64,000 nt of DNA from Mustelus asterias (Eukaryota): NCBI RefSeq assembly GCF_964213995.1, contig NW_027590186.1:682001-746000 (forward strand). The letters are read 5' to 3'. The position numbers and the translations under genes were made by a program. The notes beneath the pieces were generated by a model. The model saw only the letters and a list, made by a program, of their open reading frames with translations. It was not told the DNA's origin and ran no database searches. This document shows positions 12,239 through 25,117 of this stretch, piece after piece. Each line of letters opens with the position of its first letter. The stretch's first letter is position 1.

Positions 12239-12999
12239 ATATTAAATTAATAATTGTATTTTTATTTACATATAAATCACCTCCCGGTGGCCTGTCTGGT
12301 TCAGAATTTCAGTCACTTTCTCCATTTCTGAATAGTCGTTTTTTTTCTTAAAATAAACGGCGGGTGTCGGGGCTGGTGGTGACGTCACTGGAATAGGACG
12401 GCCAGTCCTTCCCCACCACTGGCTCCTGATGTTCCGCCAAAGAGCTGCAGCTGGTCCAGGGTACGGCCAAGATGTGACATTGTGAGGAGCAGCAGCAGCA
12501 GCTGCAGGGAGTGTCCCAGTGACCCCTGGCGCCAGGAGGGGAAACAGCAGCAAGCACAGTCTCTGCCCAATGACTTCCCCCAGGTCACCCCCATCCATCC
12601 CTCCATCCATTGCTCCCTCCCTCGATCGGTCCCTCGATCCGTCCATCCCTTCCTCCCTCCATCCGTCCCTACATGTGTCCCTCCATTCACACAACAAGAA
12701 CTATTCAGTCTGCACAGCAGCTTCAGTCTCATTCCCCAAGTTTGTTTTCCACCCTTTATCACTCCAATTCTTCTCCCACATGTTTCACATCATTACATTA
12801 TAATACAAACTTGATAACCTCTCCAATTTGACATTTGTTCAGGAGTACAGACAGCAGATAAATGATCAACTACAACCCCACCCTGGGCTATGGTGATACA
12901 TTTATACATTATCTCATCACACAATAAAACCCACACACCGGTTTTAAGTTTGCTTCCGTTACCCAGCAGGTTGAGTAAACTGAAATTGACATCAACACT

Positions 13000-15062
13000 T
13001 TATGGTCTCTGTCTGTCTCTGTGTTTGTGAGACTGTCCGTAATAGTGTGTATGTCTGTGTGTGTGTGTCTCTGTGTGTTCTTCTGAGAGTATATGTTTTT
13101 GATTTTGTTGTATTTGATTTATTATTGTCAAGTGTATTAGTATCCAGTGAAAAGTATTGTTTCTTGCGCGCTATACAAAAAACCCATACCGCACATAGAG
13201 AACAGTAAGAAGGCTCAAAACGCCAGGTTAAGGTTTATTTGGAATCACGAGCTTTCGGAGCGCTGCTCCTTCATTACGTGAGTGGAAAAGTAGGTTTCAA
13301 AAACACGGCATTACACGCACATAGAGAAGGAAAGGAGAGATTGCAGAATGTAATGTTACAGTCATAGCTAGGGGGTAGAGAAAGGTCAATTTAATTAAAA
13401 CATTGTTATCGATTTCAAAAGAATTAGAATAGAGTTTTAGAAGCAAAGACCGAGAGTAAAAGATAGCATTAGAGAGATGCGGGGCACAGCATGCAATAAG
13501 TCGCTATGGTCCGACGCCATCTTGATTTATTTTGGTTTGTCTCTGTGTTTATCTGAGAGTGTGTGTGTGTTTGCTTTTGTCTGAGTATTTATTAGTATGT
13601 GTCCGTATGTGCGACTTTGCTTGTGTCTATTTCTCTGAGATCGTGACTGTTGTTTCCTGAGTCTGTGTATGCGTGTGCTTGTGTCTGTTTGCTTGTCTGT
13701 TCATGTGTGTGTCTGTGTGTGTATTATGCTGAAAGTGTGGGTCTGTGAGTTTACAACCTTGCCTATGTTGCTTGACTGAGATCATATGTGTGCCTATGTT
13801 GGACTGTGTGCGTGTGTTTCTGTGTACGTGACTGTGTTTGCCTGGGTGTTTGTGTGTGTGTGTTGGTGCCTATGTGCTTTTCTGTGATTGTATGTATGCC
13901 TGAGTGCTGACTGAGTGCTTATGTGTTTGTCTCTAAGTGTGTGTGTTTTGTGTGAGAGATTGTGTGTATCTGTGTGTTTGCATCAGAGTGAATTTGTATG
14001 TGTGTGCCTGTGTGTTCGTTTGATAGTACAGCTGTGTGTGGGTCTGTGTGTGTATATTTGCCAGCGAGTGTGTCTGTGTGTGTGCATGCATGTCTGAGAG
14101 TGTATGTTTTCTTTGTCTGTTTGTCTGAGTTTTTCTCTATATATTTCTGTGTGCAAGCGTTTGCTTGTGTGTGTTTGTCTGAGTGTGTTCTTGTGATTGT
14201 ATCTTTGTCTGTGACTGTGTGCCTGTGTTTTTCAGAGAGTGTCTCTGTGTTTGCGAGTTGTCCTGTGTCTGTCCGTCTAAGAAATACGTGTGCCTGCATT
14301 TGCCTGTGTGTTTGCGTGTATGTTTTCTGTACTTGTCTAAATGCGTGTGTGTGTTTGTGTCTGTGTGGTTGTCTGTGTGTGTGTGCATGTATTTGTCTGA
14401 CAGCGTGTCTGCGTGTCTGAAAGAGAGAGAAAGTATGTGTGTGCGTGTGCGTGCGTGTGTTTGTCTGAGCGTGTATATCCGTGTATGGGCCTGTGTGTGC
14501 GAATTTGCCTGTATCGGTTTTTGTGAGATCCTGTGTGTGTGTTTCTGTGTGTGCGTGCTCGTGACTGTTTCATAGAAATCATAGAAACCCTTCAGTACAG
14601 AAAGAGGCCATTCGGCCCATCGAGTCTGCACCGATCACAATCCCACCCAGGCCCTGCCCCCACATCCCTACATATTTACCCACTAATCCCTCTAACCGAC
14701 GCATCTCAGGACACTAAGGGGCAATTTTTAGCATGGCCAATTAACCTAACCCGCATATCTTTGGACTGTGGGAGGAAACTGGAGCACCCGGAGGAAACCC
14801 ACGCAGACACGTGGAGAATGTGCAAACTCCACACAGACAGTGACCCAAGCCGGGAATCGAACCCAGGTCCCTGGAGCTGTGAAGCAGCAGTGCTTCCCAT
14901 TTGTCTGTTTGTGTGTGTGTGTTTTTCAGAGGTGCGTGTGTCTGTGTGTATGCGTTTGCGAGTTTGCTTGTGTCTGCTTGTCTCAGATCTTGTGTGTTTT
15001 TCTGAATGTGTGTGTGTGTTGTGCATGTGTGTTGGTCTCGGAATGTGTGTGTGTGTGTGTGA
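13000..15062. repeat. TG-rich low-complexity DNA with an embedded HE1-type SINE (14572-14893, -)
   Basis: Degenerate (TG)n; SINE V-domain core GTCTGCGTGGGTTTCCTCCGGGTG on the minus strand. Confidence 0.9.
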
Positions 15063-15240
15063 ACATTTGAAAAAAAGGATGATGTTGTTGCGCAGAAATA
15101 TATCAAAATGTATGATATACTTGGCATTATGGTGACATGGCTCCAAGGTTAGCAAGGATGGGAACTAAACATTGAGGGCCATTCGATGTTGAGGAAGGAC
15201 AGACAGAAAGCAAAAAAAATGGAGTACATTGTTTCTTAAA

Positions 15241-15550
15241 GCGGGGCGGCACGGTGGCAGAGTGGTTAGCACTGCTGCTTCAGTGACAGGGTCCCGCGTA
15301 CAATTCCGACCTCGGATCACTGTGTGGAGTTGGCACATTCTCCCCGTGTCTGCTTGGGTTTCCTCCGGGTGCCTCGGTTTCCTCCCACAGTCCAAAGATG
15401 TGTGGGTTAGCTTGATTGGCCATGCGAAATTGACCCTCGTGTCAGGGGATTGACAGGGTAAATAATTTGGGTTCCGGAAATAGGGTCTGGGATTGTGGCC
15501 GGTGCAGACTCAATAATCCGAATGGCCTCCTTCTGCACTGTAGGGATCGT
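15241..15550 (+). mobile_element. HE1-type V-SINE
   Basis: tRNA-like head (GGCACGGTGGCAGAGTGGTTAGCAC), V-domain, CR1-like tail. Confidence 0.85.
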
Positions 15551-15699
15551 ATGTGATATTGAAGAAAGATATTAGCACAGAGGATGTGGAAGACTGGTAA
15601 GGGAACTGTGGCCAAGCCATCGCTTACAAGGGAAGAAGAAACATACAAATTGGCAAATAAATACATAGACCTGAGAAATTGGAGCAGTTTCAATTCAGC

Positions 15700-18600
15700 A
15701 CAAAAGGACCCAGGAATTGATTAGGAAGGGAAAAAATAGAGTATGAAAGTAAGAAGGCGGGAAACATAACAAATAGCTGATCCATTTGTGGGCATTTTCG
15801 AAAAAATATTTAGACTCTAAACTGGTCCCTACAGATTGGAGGGTTGCTAATATACGCCCGTCATTCAAAAAGGGAGGTAGAGAGAAATAGGGTGAACCAT
15901 AAGGCAAAGAGCCGAACATTAGAACTAGGAAATTGCTCGAATCAATTATTAAGGATTTCATAACTCAGCATTTGGAAGGCAGTGGTAAAATCAGACAAAG
16001 TCAACATGGATTTGCAAAGGGGAAATCATGCTTGGCAAATCTATTGGAATTGTGTGAGAATGTAACTAGTAGAGGTGACCAAGGAAAACTGGTGGGCATG
16101 GGTTATTTAGACTTTAAAGGGCTTTCGGCAAGGTCTCATAGAGCGTACGACCATAAAAGTGGCCTGGATAGTGTCTTGAGCTGGATAGAACGCTGCTTAG
16201 CAGGTAGGAAGCAAAGAGTTGGCAGAAATGAGTGTTTTTCCAATTGGCTGGTAGTGACCAGTGGGGTACCGCAGGGATCCATGCTAGGTGCCCAACTGTT
16301 CATGTTATGCATAATTGATTTCAAAGAGGGAACTAAATGTGTTTTCTCCAATTTGCAGGTGACGCAAAGTTAGGTGAGAGGCTGAGCTCTGAGAAGGATG
16401 CAGCGATGCTTCAGCGTGATTTAAACAGGCAGAGTGGATGGGCATATGCATAGAAGATGCAGTATAATGTGGGCAAATGCGAGATCATCCACTTCGGTGG
16501 CAACAATAGGACGGCAGATTATTATTTGAATAAACTGAGAGGTGAATATTCAGCGACAGCTTGGCATCCACGTGTATTGGCGCTGAAAGAAAGCACCACA
16601 GGTTCAGCAGGCGGTAAAGAAGGCAAGTGGTATGCTGGCCTTCATAACGACAGCATTTGAGTATAAGGATAGGTATATTTTACTGCAATTTTATAGGGCG
16701 TTGGTGAGCCCACAACTGGAGTATTGTGTGCAGTGTTGGTGTCCTTATCTGAGGAAGGATGTCCTTACTGCAGAGCGAGGGCAGTGAAGATTTACCAGAC
16801 TGATTCCTGGTCTGTCGTGTGAGGAGAGACGAAGTCAGTTAGGATTATATTATTTGGAGTTTAGAAGAGTGAGAGGGAATCTCATAGAGACTGATAAAAT
16901 TCTAAATGTATTAGACAGGGTAAATTCAGAAAGAATATCCCAGACGGCTGGGGAGTCGAGAACTAGGGGGGTCATAGTTTGAGGATAAGGGGTAAAACCT
17001 TTCGAACTGAGGTGAAGAGAAACTTCATCACCCAGACAGCGGTGAATCTGTGGAATTCACTACCACAGGAAGTGATTATGACCAAAACGTTGCGGGATTT
17101 CAAGAAGAAATAGAACATAGAACATAGAACATAGAAAGCCACAGCACAAACAGGCCCTTCGGCCCACAAGTTGCGCCGATCACATCCCCACCTCTAGGCC
17201 TATCTATAGCCCTCAATCCCATTAAATCCCATGTACTCATCCAGAAGTCTCTTAAAAGACCCCAACGAGTTTGCCTCCACCACCACCGACGTCAGCCGAT
17301 TCCACTCACCCACCACCCTCTGAGTGAAAAACTTACCCCTGACATCTCCTCTGTACCTACCCCCCAGCACCTTAAACCTGTGTCCTCTCGTAGCAACCAT
17401 TTCAGCCCTTGGAAATAGCCTCTGAGAGTCTACCCTATCCAGACCTCTCAACATCTTGTAAACCTCTATCAGGTCACCTCTCATCCTTCGTCTCTCCAGG
17501 GAGAAGAGACCAAGCTCCCTCAACCTATCCTCATAAGGCATGCCCCCCAATCCAGGCAACATCCTTGTAAATCTCCTCTGCACCCTTTCAATGGCTTCAA
17601 CATCTTTCCTGTAATGAGGTGACCAGAACTGCGCGCAGTACTCCAAGTGGGGTCTAACCAGGGTCCTATAAAGCTGCAGCATTATCTCCCGACTCCTAAA
17701 CTCAATCCCTCGATTAATGAAGGCCAGTACGCCGTACGCCTTCTTGACCGCATCCTCCACCTGCGAGGCCGATTTAAGAGTCCTATGGACCCGGACCCCA
17801 AGGTCCTTCTGATCCTCTACAGTGCTAAGAATGGTACCCTTCATATTATACTGCTGCTTCATCCCATTGGATCTGCCAAAATGGATCACCACACGCTTAT
17901 CCGGGTTGAAGTCCATCTGCCACTTCTCCGCCCAGTCTTGCATTCTATCTATGTCTCGCTGCAACTTCTGACATCCCTCCAAACTATCCACAACACCACC
18001 TACCTTGGTGTCGTCAGCAAACTTACCAACCCATCCCTCCACTTCCTCATCCAGGTCATTTATGAAAATGACAAACAGCAAGGGTCCCAGAACAGATCCC
18101 TGGGGCACTCCACTGGTCACTTACCTCCATGCAGAGAAAGACCCCTCCACAGCCACTCTCTGCCTTCTGCAGGCAAGCCAGTTCTGGATCCACAAGGCAA
18201 CAGCCCCTTGGATCCCATGCCCTCTCACTTTCTCAAGAAGTCTTGCATGGGGGACCTTATCGAACGCCTTGCTGAAGTCCATATAGACCACATCCACCGC
18301 TCTTCCTTCGTCAATGTGTTTGGTCACATTTTCAAAGAACTCAACCAGGCTCGTAAGGCACGACCTGCCCTTGACAAAGCCGTGCTGACTACTTTTGATC
18401 ATACTAAACTTCTCTAGATGATCATAAATCCTGTCTCTCAGGATCCTCTCCATCAACTTACCAACCACTGAGGTTAGACTCACCGGTCGGTAATTTCCCG
18501 GGCTGTCCCTGTTCCCTTTCTTGAATATAGGGACCAGATCTGCAATCCTCCAATCCTCCGGAACCTCTCCCGTCTCCATCGACGATGCAAAGATCATCGC

Positions 18601-19320
18601 CAAAGGCTCCGCAATCTCCTCCCTCACCTCCCACAGTAACCTGGGGTACATCCCATCCGGTCCCGGCGACTTACCAACCTTGATGCCGTTCAATAGTTCC
18701 AACACATCCTCTTCCTTTATGTCCACATGCTCGATCCTTTCTGTCCACCGCAAACCAGCAGTACAACCACCCAGATCCCTTTCCACCGTGAATACCGAGG
18801 TAAAGTATTCATTAAGCAGCTCCGCCATTTCTAACGGTTCCGCACAAACTTTTCCCCCTTCACCTTTTAAGGGTCCTATGCCTTCACATCTCATCATTTT
18901 ACTCTTGACATATTTGTAGAAAGCCTTGGGATTCTCCTTAATCTTACCCGCCAAGGCCTTCTCATGACCCCTTCTCGCTCTCCTAATTTCCTTCTTAAGC
19001 TCCTTCCTACATCCCGTATACTCCTCTAAATCCTTAACACCTCCTAGCTCTCTGAACCTTCTGTACGCCTCTCTTTACTTATTCACCAGGTTCATCACAA
19101 CCTTCGTGCACCACGGTTCCCGTACCCTACCAACACCCCCCTGTCTCATCGGAACGTTGTCATGCAGAGCTCCAGACAAACATTAGAAATTAGACATAGC
19201 TCTTGGGGCTAAAGGGATCAAGGGATTTGGAGGGAAGGCACGATCAGGACATTCAATTTGATGATCATCCATGATCATAACGAGTGGCGAAGAAGGCTCG
19301 AAAGGCCGAAAGGTCTTTTC
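15700..19320. mobile_element. Old CR1 (+) with a young CR1 (-, 17111-19184) nested inside
   Basis: RT ORFs 18121-18954 and 17200-18120; TSD AGAAAT at 17106-17111 and 19185-19190. Confidence 0.93.
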
Positions 19321-19329
19321 CGGTTTCTT

Positions 19330-20074
19330 TTTTTTCTGTTTCTGTGTGTGTGGGTCTGTGTATGTTTTTTGTTTTCCCTGAGCAACAGTGTATATCTTTC
19401 TCTGCATGTTCTTTTGATACTGCATGTGTGTGTCTGTCTGGGGCTCTGTGCGGGTGTATCCGTGCGTATGATTTCTGAGATTCTGTTTGTGTGTGTCTGT
19501 GTTTGTCTGAGTGTGTGTATTTAGCTGAGAGGCAGCGTGTGTGTATGTGTGTCTGAGTTTGTCTGAGCATTTGTGTCTGCTCTATGAGAGTGTGTGTGTT
19601 TCTTTGTGCTTGTTTGAGTGTGTGTATATTTGTGCTGTCTGAGAGTGTGTTTGTGTTTGCTTGTCAATGTGTGTGTGCGTGCCTGTGTGTGTGTTTATCT
19701 GACAGTGTGTGCATCTATGCGTGTGCTTGTGTGCATGTATGTATCTGTGTGTGTGCGTGTGTATATGTGTGTGTTATTTTGCCTGAGGTAATCTGTGTGT
19801 CTTTGTCTACGTCTGTGATTGTGTGTGTGTCAGCTGTTGTCTCAGAGAGTTTGCATTTCTGTCTGAGTGTGTGTGTATGCCTATGGGTGTGTGTTTGTGT
19901 GCGTGTATTTGTCTGAGCGTTTGGGTGCGTGTTTGTATGTGTGTTTGTTTCTGATTGTCTGAGTGTGTGTGCGCGTTTACCTGAGTGTGTGTGCATGTCT
20001 GAGTGTGCGTTTTCCTGTGTGCGTGTTTATTTGCGTGTGTGTATGTGCGTGTGTGAGAGTATGTGTGCGTGAGA

Positions 20075-20107
<33 letters not shown>

Positions 20108-20110
20108 TGA
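19330..20110. repeat. TG-rich low-complexity DNA ending in (GA)n
   Basis: Direct inspection. Confidence 0.9.
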
Positions 20111-20709
20111 GATTCCTCACTATACTCCATGACTGCAAGGTTCTGGTCTTACTGATGGGGCTCCCTTGCACTGAAGCACTTACAGTAGCTCCTGCTCATC
20201 GCATGCTCACTTTTCGATTTACTCTTTCAGCGCTGAGCAGTTAGGTTCAAATCGACAGCACACATAAGAACAGATTAATTTCCATGTCCTGAAAGCGTCG
20301 AAACAGCCCAGAATGTGCCTTTCTTTCTGCTTTTGGACTCTGCAGTTGTACTTTTGGTTCTTGCCGTTTGCAGCCTAATGTTTGAGTTGTATTATTTTCT
20401 GCACCTCTGGTCATCCAGAGGAAAGACAGAGAGAATCGTGGCATCCGCCTGTTCCCGCTGTGCAATGGACAGTCAGCAGGGGGCGGACGTAGGGCGCATC
20501 TGGACACTGAAACAGAAATGTTCATGCATTCATATAGGTTGCTCAATAATTAATTCAAATCTGAATAACATATTTGGAAGGTGCAGATCGTAGGACAATG
20601 ACCATGTCACTGGAGAGTCCCAGACTAATATTCTGGGCACACGGATTCAATCCAATTCCCCACCCAGCACCCTCAGTGCACCGAATGCAATTTGAATTTT
20701 TGCATTCAA

Positions 20710-22570
20710 CAATAACTTTTAAGTTTATTTATTTGTGTCACAGGTAGGCTTACATTAATACTGCAATAATGTCACTGTGAAAATCCTCTAGTCGTCACAG
20801 TCCGGTGCCTGTTCCAGTACATTGATGTAGAATTTAGCTTGGTCAATGCACCTAACCAGTACATCTTTCAGACTGTGGGAGGAAACCGGAGCACCCGGAG
20901 AAAACCTAAGCAGACACGGGGACAACATGCACATTCCGCACAGACAGTGACCCAAGCCAGGAATCGAACCCGGGTCCCTGGTGCTATGATGCAGCAGTGC
21001 TAACCACTATGTCAATGTCCCGCCAATCTGGGTTTAGATAGGAAGGCGAGAAAGAACATACTTGTTATAGATGGGGTGCACCAAAAGTTCACCAGACTGA
21101 TACTTGGGATGTAAGCATTGTCCTTTGAGGAGAGATTGAGGTGTGCATTCAATTAAATTCTGAAGAGGGGGATAGAATATAAAAGCAGGGATGTCTTGAT
21201 GCACCTGTACAGGGCATTGGTGAGGCCGTAGCTGGAATACTGTGTGCAGTATTGGTCCCCTTATATGAGGAAGGATATATTGGCATTGGAGGGAGTGCAG
21301 AGAAGGTTCACCAGGTTGATACCGGAGATGAGGGGTTTGGATTATGAGGAGAGGCTGAGGAGATTGGGTTTGTACTCGTTGGAGTTTAGAAGGATGAGGG
21401 GGGATCTTATGGAGACTTATAAGATAATGCGGGGGCTGGATAGGGTGGAGGCGGAGAGATTCTTTCCACTTAGTAAGGAAGTTAAAACTAGAGGACACAG
21501 CCTCAAAATAAAGGGGGTCGGTTTAAGACAGAGTTGAGGAGGAACTTCTTCTCCCAGAGGGTGGTGAATCTCTGGAATTCTCTGCCCACTGAGGTGGTGG
21601 AGGCTACCTCACTGAATATGTTTAAAGCGCGGATGGATGGATTCCTGATCGGTAAGGGAATTAAGGGTTATGGGGATCAGGCGGGTAAGTGGTATTGATC
21701 CACGTCAGATCAGCCATGATCTTATTGAATGGCGGGGCAGGCTCGAGGGGCTAGATGGCCTACTCCTGCTCCTATTTCTTATGTTCTTAAGAATGGGAGA
21801 TCTCATTGAAAGATATAAAATTCTGACAATTCCAGGATTATGACCTAGCAGTACTGAAGGAACTGCCGATATATTTCCAAGTCGGGATGGTGAGTGACTT
21901 GGAGGCTGAATTTCCTTTTGATGGTGTCCTCAGGTATCTGCTGCCCTTGTGATTTTATCGCGGTAATGGCTGTGGCTCGTGGAAGTATTGTCTGGTGCTC
22001 TGGAAACACGAGTTCAAATCCCACCAACGGTAACAGGTGGAATTTAAAATTAATTAATAAAAATGTAGAATTGAAAATTCGGCTGAATAATAGAGAACTT
22101 AAGAAAACTGCCATCCGTTGTTGCAGAAGCACATTCTGCGCACCAATGTTGTACCAATGCCCATTGGAGTTTGGAAGAAAATGGGGGTTCTTATAGAAAC
22201 GCATACAATTATGAAAGGAATAGATAAGATAGAAGCAAGGAGGTTGTTTCCATGGCAAATGAAATTAGAACTAAGGGACAAGACCTCAAAATAAAGATGA
22301 GGAGATTTTGGACTGTGTTGAGGAGGAACCTCTTCACCTAAATGGGTGAATGTGTATAAATTCCTGCCCAGTGAAGCAGTTGAGGCTACATCGTTAAGCG
22401 TTTTTAAGGTAAAGATAGATTTTTGAGCAGTAAAGGAATTCAGGGTTATGGTGAGCGGGCGGGTAAGCGGAGCTGAGCCCATGAAAAAATCAGCCATGAT
22501 CTTATTGAATGGCGGATCAGGCTCGGAGGGCCAGATGGCCTATTCCTGCTTCTAGTTTTTATGTTCTTTC
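20710..22570. mobile_element. SINE (-, 20710-21022) and several CR1 3' fragments (+)
   Basis: V-SINE core; QYWSPY..KDILALEGVQRRFTR ORF 21244-21537. Confidence 0.8.
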
Positions 22571-23795
22571 AGAAAGGAAATCTGCCTACAACCTGGACTA
22601 TGTGTGAGACAAGACCTAGAGAAATGTGGCCGACATTTAGCTATCTTCTGAAATGTTTAGTGAGACAAGCGGCGAGAGGCTGCAGCAACCACATAGGGCG
22701 GAAGAATAAAAATAACTCGTCATCTCTTACATCTTCCAGCCCTCATGCAAAGACATCAATCTGAAACCTTAACTCGGTTTCTCACTTGCACAGTTACTGG
22801 CTGGCATGATGCAAGCAGCGTTTCCTGTTTTTGTCTGAAATGCTGCACTTTGGCCTCTTACGTTCACGCTGGTTTCTTCCCTGAAAAGAAATGTGTGGCT
22901 CATTTCGAGAATTCCAACGCGCAGCCTGTTTTCATCTTCACTCTTCCTGCCTACGAGTCCCTCCTTAGCCTGCTGCAATGCTCCAGTGAAGCCCCAAGGG
23001 CACTCTTTAAAAATAAGGGGTCGCACGTTTAGGAGAGGAAGAGTGGGGAGGTTTTCGTCTCAGAGGGTCATGTGTCGCTGGAAGTCCCTTCCTCAGAAGG
23101 CAGTGGAAGCAGTCTTTCAATATTTTTAAAGGCAGAAGGAGCTAGATTCTTAGTAAACAAGGAGGGTGAAAGGTGATCAGTGTTGGCAGAAGCTTATAAT
23201 AAGATCAGCCATAATCTTATTTACTGCAGAGCAGGCCGGAAGTGACCAACTCCTACTTCTCAGTAGCCTGTATGTTACTGTATACATATTAAAATTTCGC
23301 GGTGGCTTGGTAAGGTGCACGTGTAAGAGACGTAGCAAGAACTGTTCCTGGAATCGAAGATGAGCAAGTCGGGTTTACATTGCCAATTGTTAGGGTTTGG
23401 GATTCATTGTCTCAAAGACCAGAGTAAACATTTTCCGTGGTGATTTTCAAAAGAGAATGATTACAAAATCCAAAGTATAACATGTCGAGGGACATGTGCC
23501 AACGGCAAATGCAGTGGGTTTTTTTTTAGCTCATTGAGATAGCAAGCATGCGCTCGTTAGGCCGAATTGCCTCGTTCTTTAATGTATGAACCGGATGAGT
23601 GACATGATTGACTGGAGTGCAACACTTTCATTTGATTCACTAATAGTTGCTGCCTGAAGAATCGGTTAAACAGATACTTGTTAATTCTTGGATTCTTTCT
23701 CAATAATTTTCATTCATTGGGCGATGAGTATTATTCGCAAGGCCAAAAATTGTTGCGAGTCCGAAACGCAAATTACTGCGGATTCTATAATCCAA

Positions 23796-23980
23796 AACAA
23801 AAACAAAACATTCTGGAATATCTCAGTGGGTGTGACAGCATCTGCGGAGAGAGAATAGAGCCGAAGTTTCGAGTCTCGATGACGATTCGTCAGGGCCATC
23901 CGGACTCGAAACGCTAACACTATTCTCTCTTCACTGATGATGTCAGAGCTGCAGAGCTTTTCCAGTATTTTCTGGTTTTG
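23796..23980. repeat. Penelope-type inverted repeat with a decayed hammerhead core
   Basis: Arms ...gagagaatag...tttcgagtc and gactcgaaa...ctattctctc are reverse-complementary; CTGACGA...GAAAC on the minus strand near the centre. Confidence 0.6.
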
Positions 23981-24882
23981 TGTTGCTCTTGCTAATTGCC
24001 CTTGAACAGTACAGTTTGCTAATGGCCATCTCAGATGATAGTTCACAGTCAACCAGGGGAGGGAATGGCGAGTGATATTATCGCTGGAGTATCAATCCAA
24101 AACCTCAGCTAATGTTCTGGGGTCCCGTGTTTGAAACACAATCCAATAAAATTATCTGAAATTTCGAATCTACTGATGACAGTAAAATCATTGCCAATTG
24201 TCAGAAAAAACAGTTGGGTCACTATGTCCTTTGGGGAAGGAAATCTGCCGTGCTTACCTGGTTTGGCCAACACGTGAGTCTAGAGCCACATCAATGTGGT
24301 TGACTGTCAACTGCCCTCCAAGGGCAACTGGAGATGGGCAATAAACGCCCATGTTCCATGAATGAATAAACAATACTGCGTGTCAGGAGTCTCATGAAAG
24401 CCAGACGGCGTAAAGACCGCAGATTTTCTTTCTTAAGGCGGGGAAGCTCGACTGAATTGGGGAGTTGGAATGGGGTTATACGAGGAAAGATCGGACAGAG
24501 TCCATTGGAGTGCAGAAGATTGAGTGATGATTTTTTGAAACACATATGATCTTTTTTGGGCGGGGGGGGGGGGCGGTTGTTGTGGGGAGGTGGGGGTTCG
24601 GAGGGGTAATGGGGCCAGCGGTGTGAGGGTGGAAGCTGACGGAATGTTTAACCTTTGCGGGACAGATAGGAAAGAGGGCGAAGAAAATAATTGTTTCTTC
24701 TCTCAGATGCCTGTATGCCTTTGGAACTGTCGTCTGCAGAAATCTACTGCAGCTTCAGTCGCTGGGAAAGTCTCTGAAAAGATTCATGCTTGTCGACAGT
24801 TGGCAACATCTGGCCTCTCACCCCTCCCCCCGCACTGCCTAACTGCCACCTCGCTGCTGGAGTTTCCAGTCCCGGGTGATTA

Positions 24883-25117
24883 AACCACACGTTCTGGTCT
24901 TTGAGTAAACTGAGAGGCTCAGCGACCTCTTGACTGAAACCGCACACTCGGCCCACTTCCTGCTGCCGTTGGTCGCCTTGTCAACCAGACCCTGGTTCCC
25001 CCAATCAGCAGTGAACGCATGTATCATTTTATCTCAACAGTTTCTATCAAAATAAGCAAGCCAAAGTCGATTAACCCCCCTACTGCCGAGAAGCAAAAGA
25101 AAATCAACACCTGATAG
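24883..25117. promoter_or_regulatory. Candidate T-cell enhancer (RUNX x2, TCF/LEF, ETS, MYB, CCAAT, GATA)
   Basis: AACCACA 24883-24889, CTTTGA 24899-24904, AACCGCA 24938-24944, CACTTCCTG 24954-24962, CCGTTG 24966-24971, CCAAT 25001-25005, TTATCT 25029-25034, CTATCA 25044-25049, in DNA not recognised as repeat. Motif evidence only. Confidence 0.5.

Noticed and set aside
12939-12975. LLGNGSKLKT followed by gtgtgt as a J-alpha
   Set aside because: No Phe, no RSS, wrong length to the donor.
15241-15320. tRNA gene
   Set aside because: tRNA-derived SINE head that continues into the V-SINE core; many copies in the window.
17647-18417. Long antisense ORFs over CR1 and Tx1 elements
   Set aside because: Shadow frames of RT coding sequence.
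13900-20170. Cys/Val- and His/Thr-rich ORFs
   Set aside because: Translations of TG/CA low-complexity DNA.
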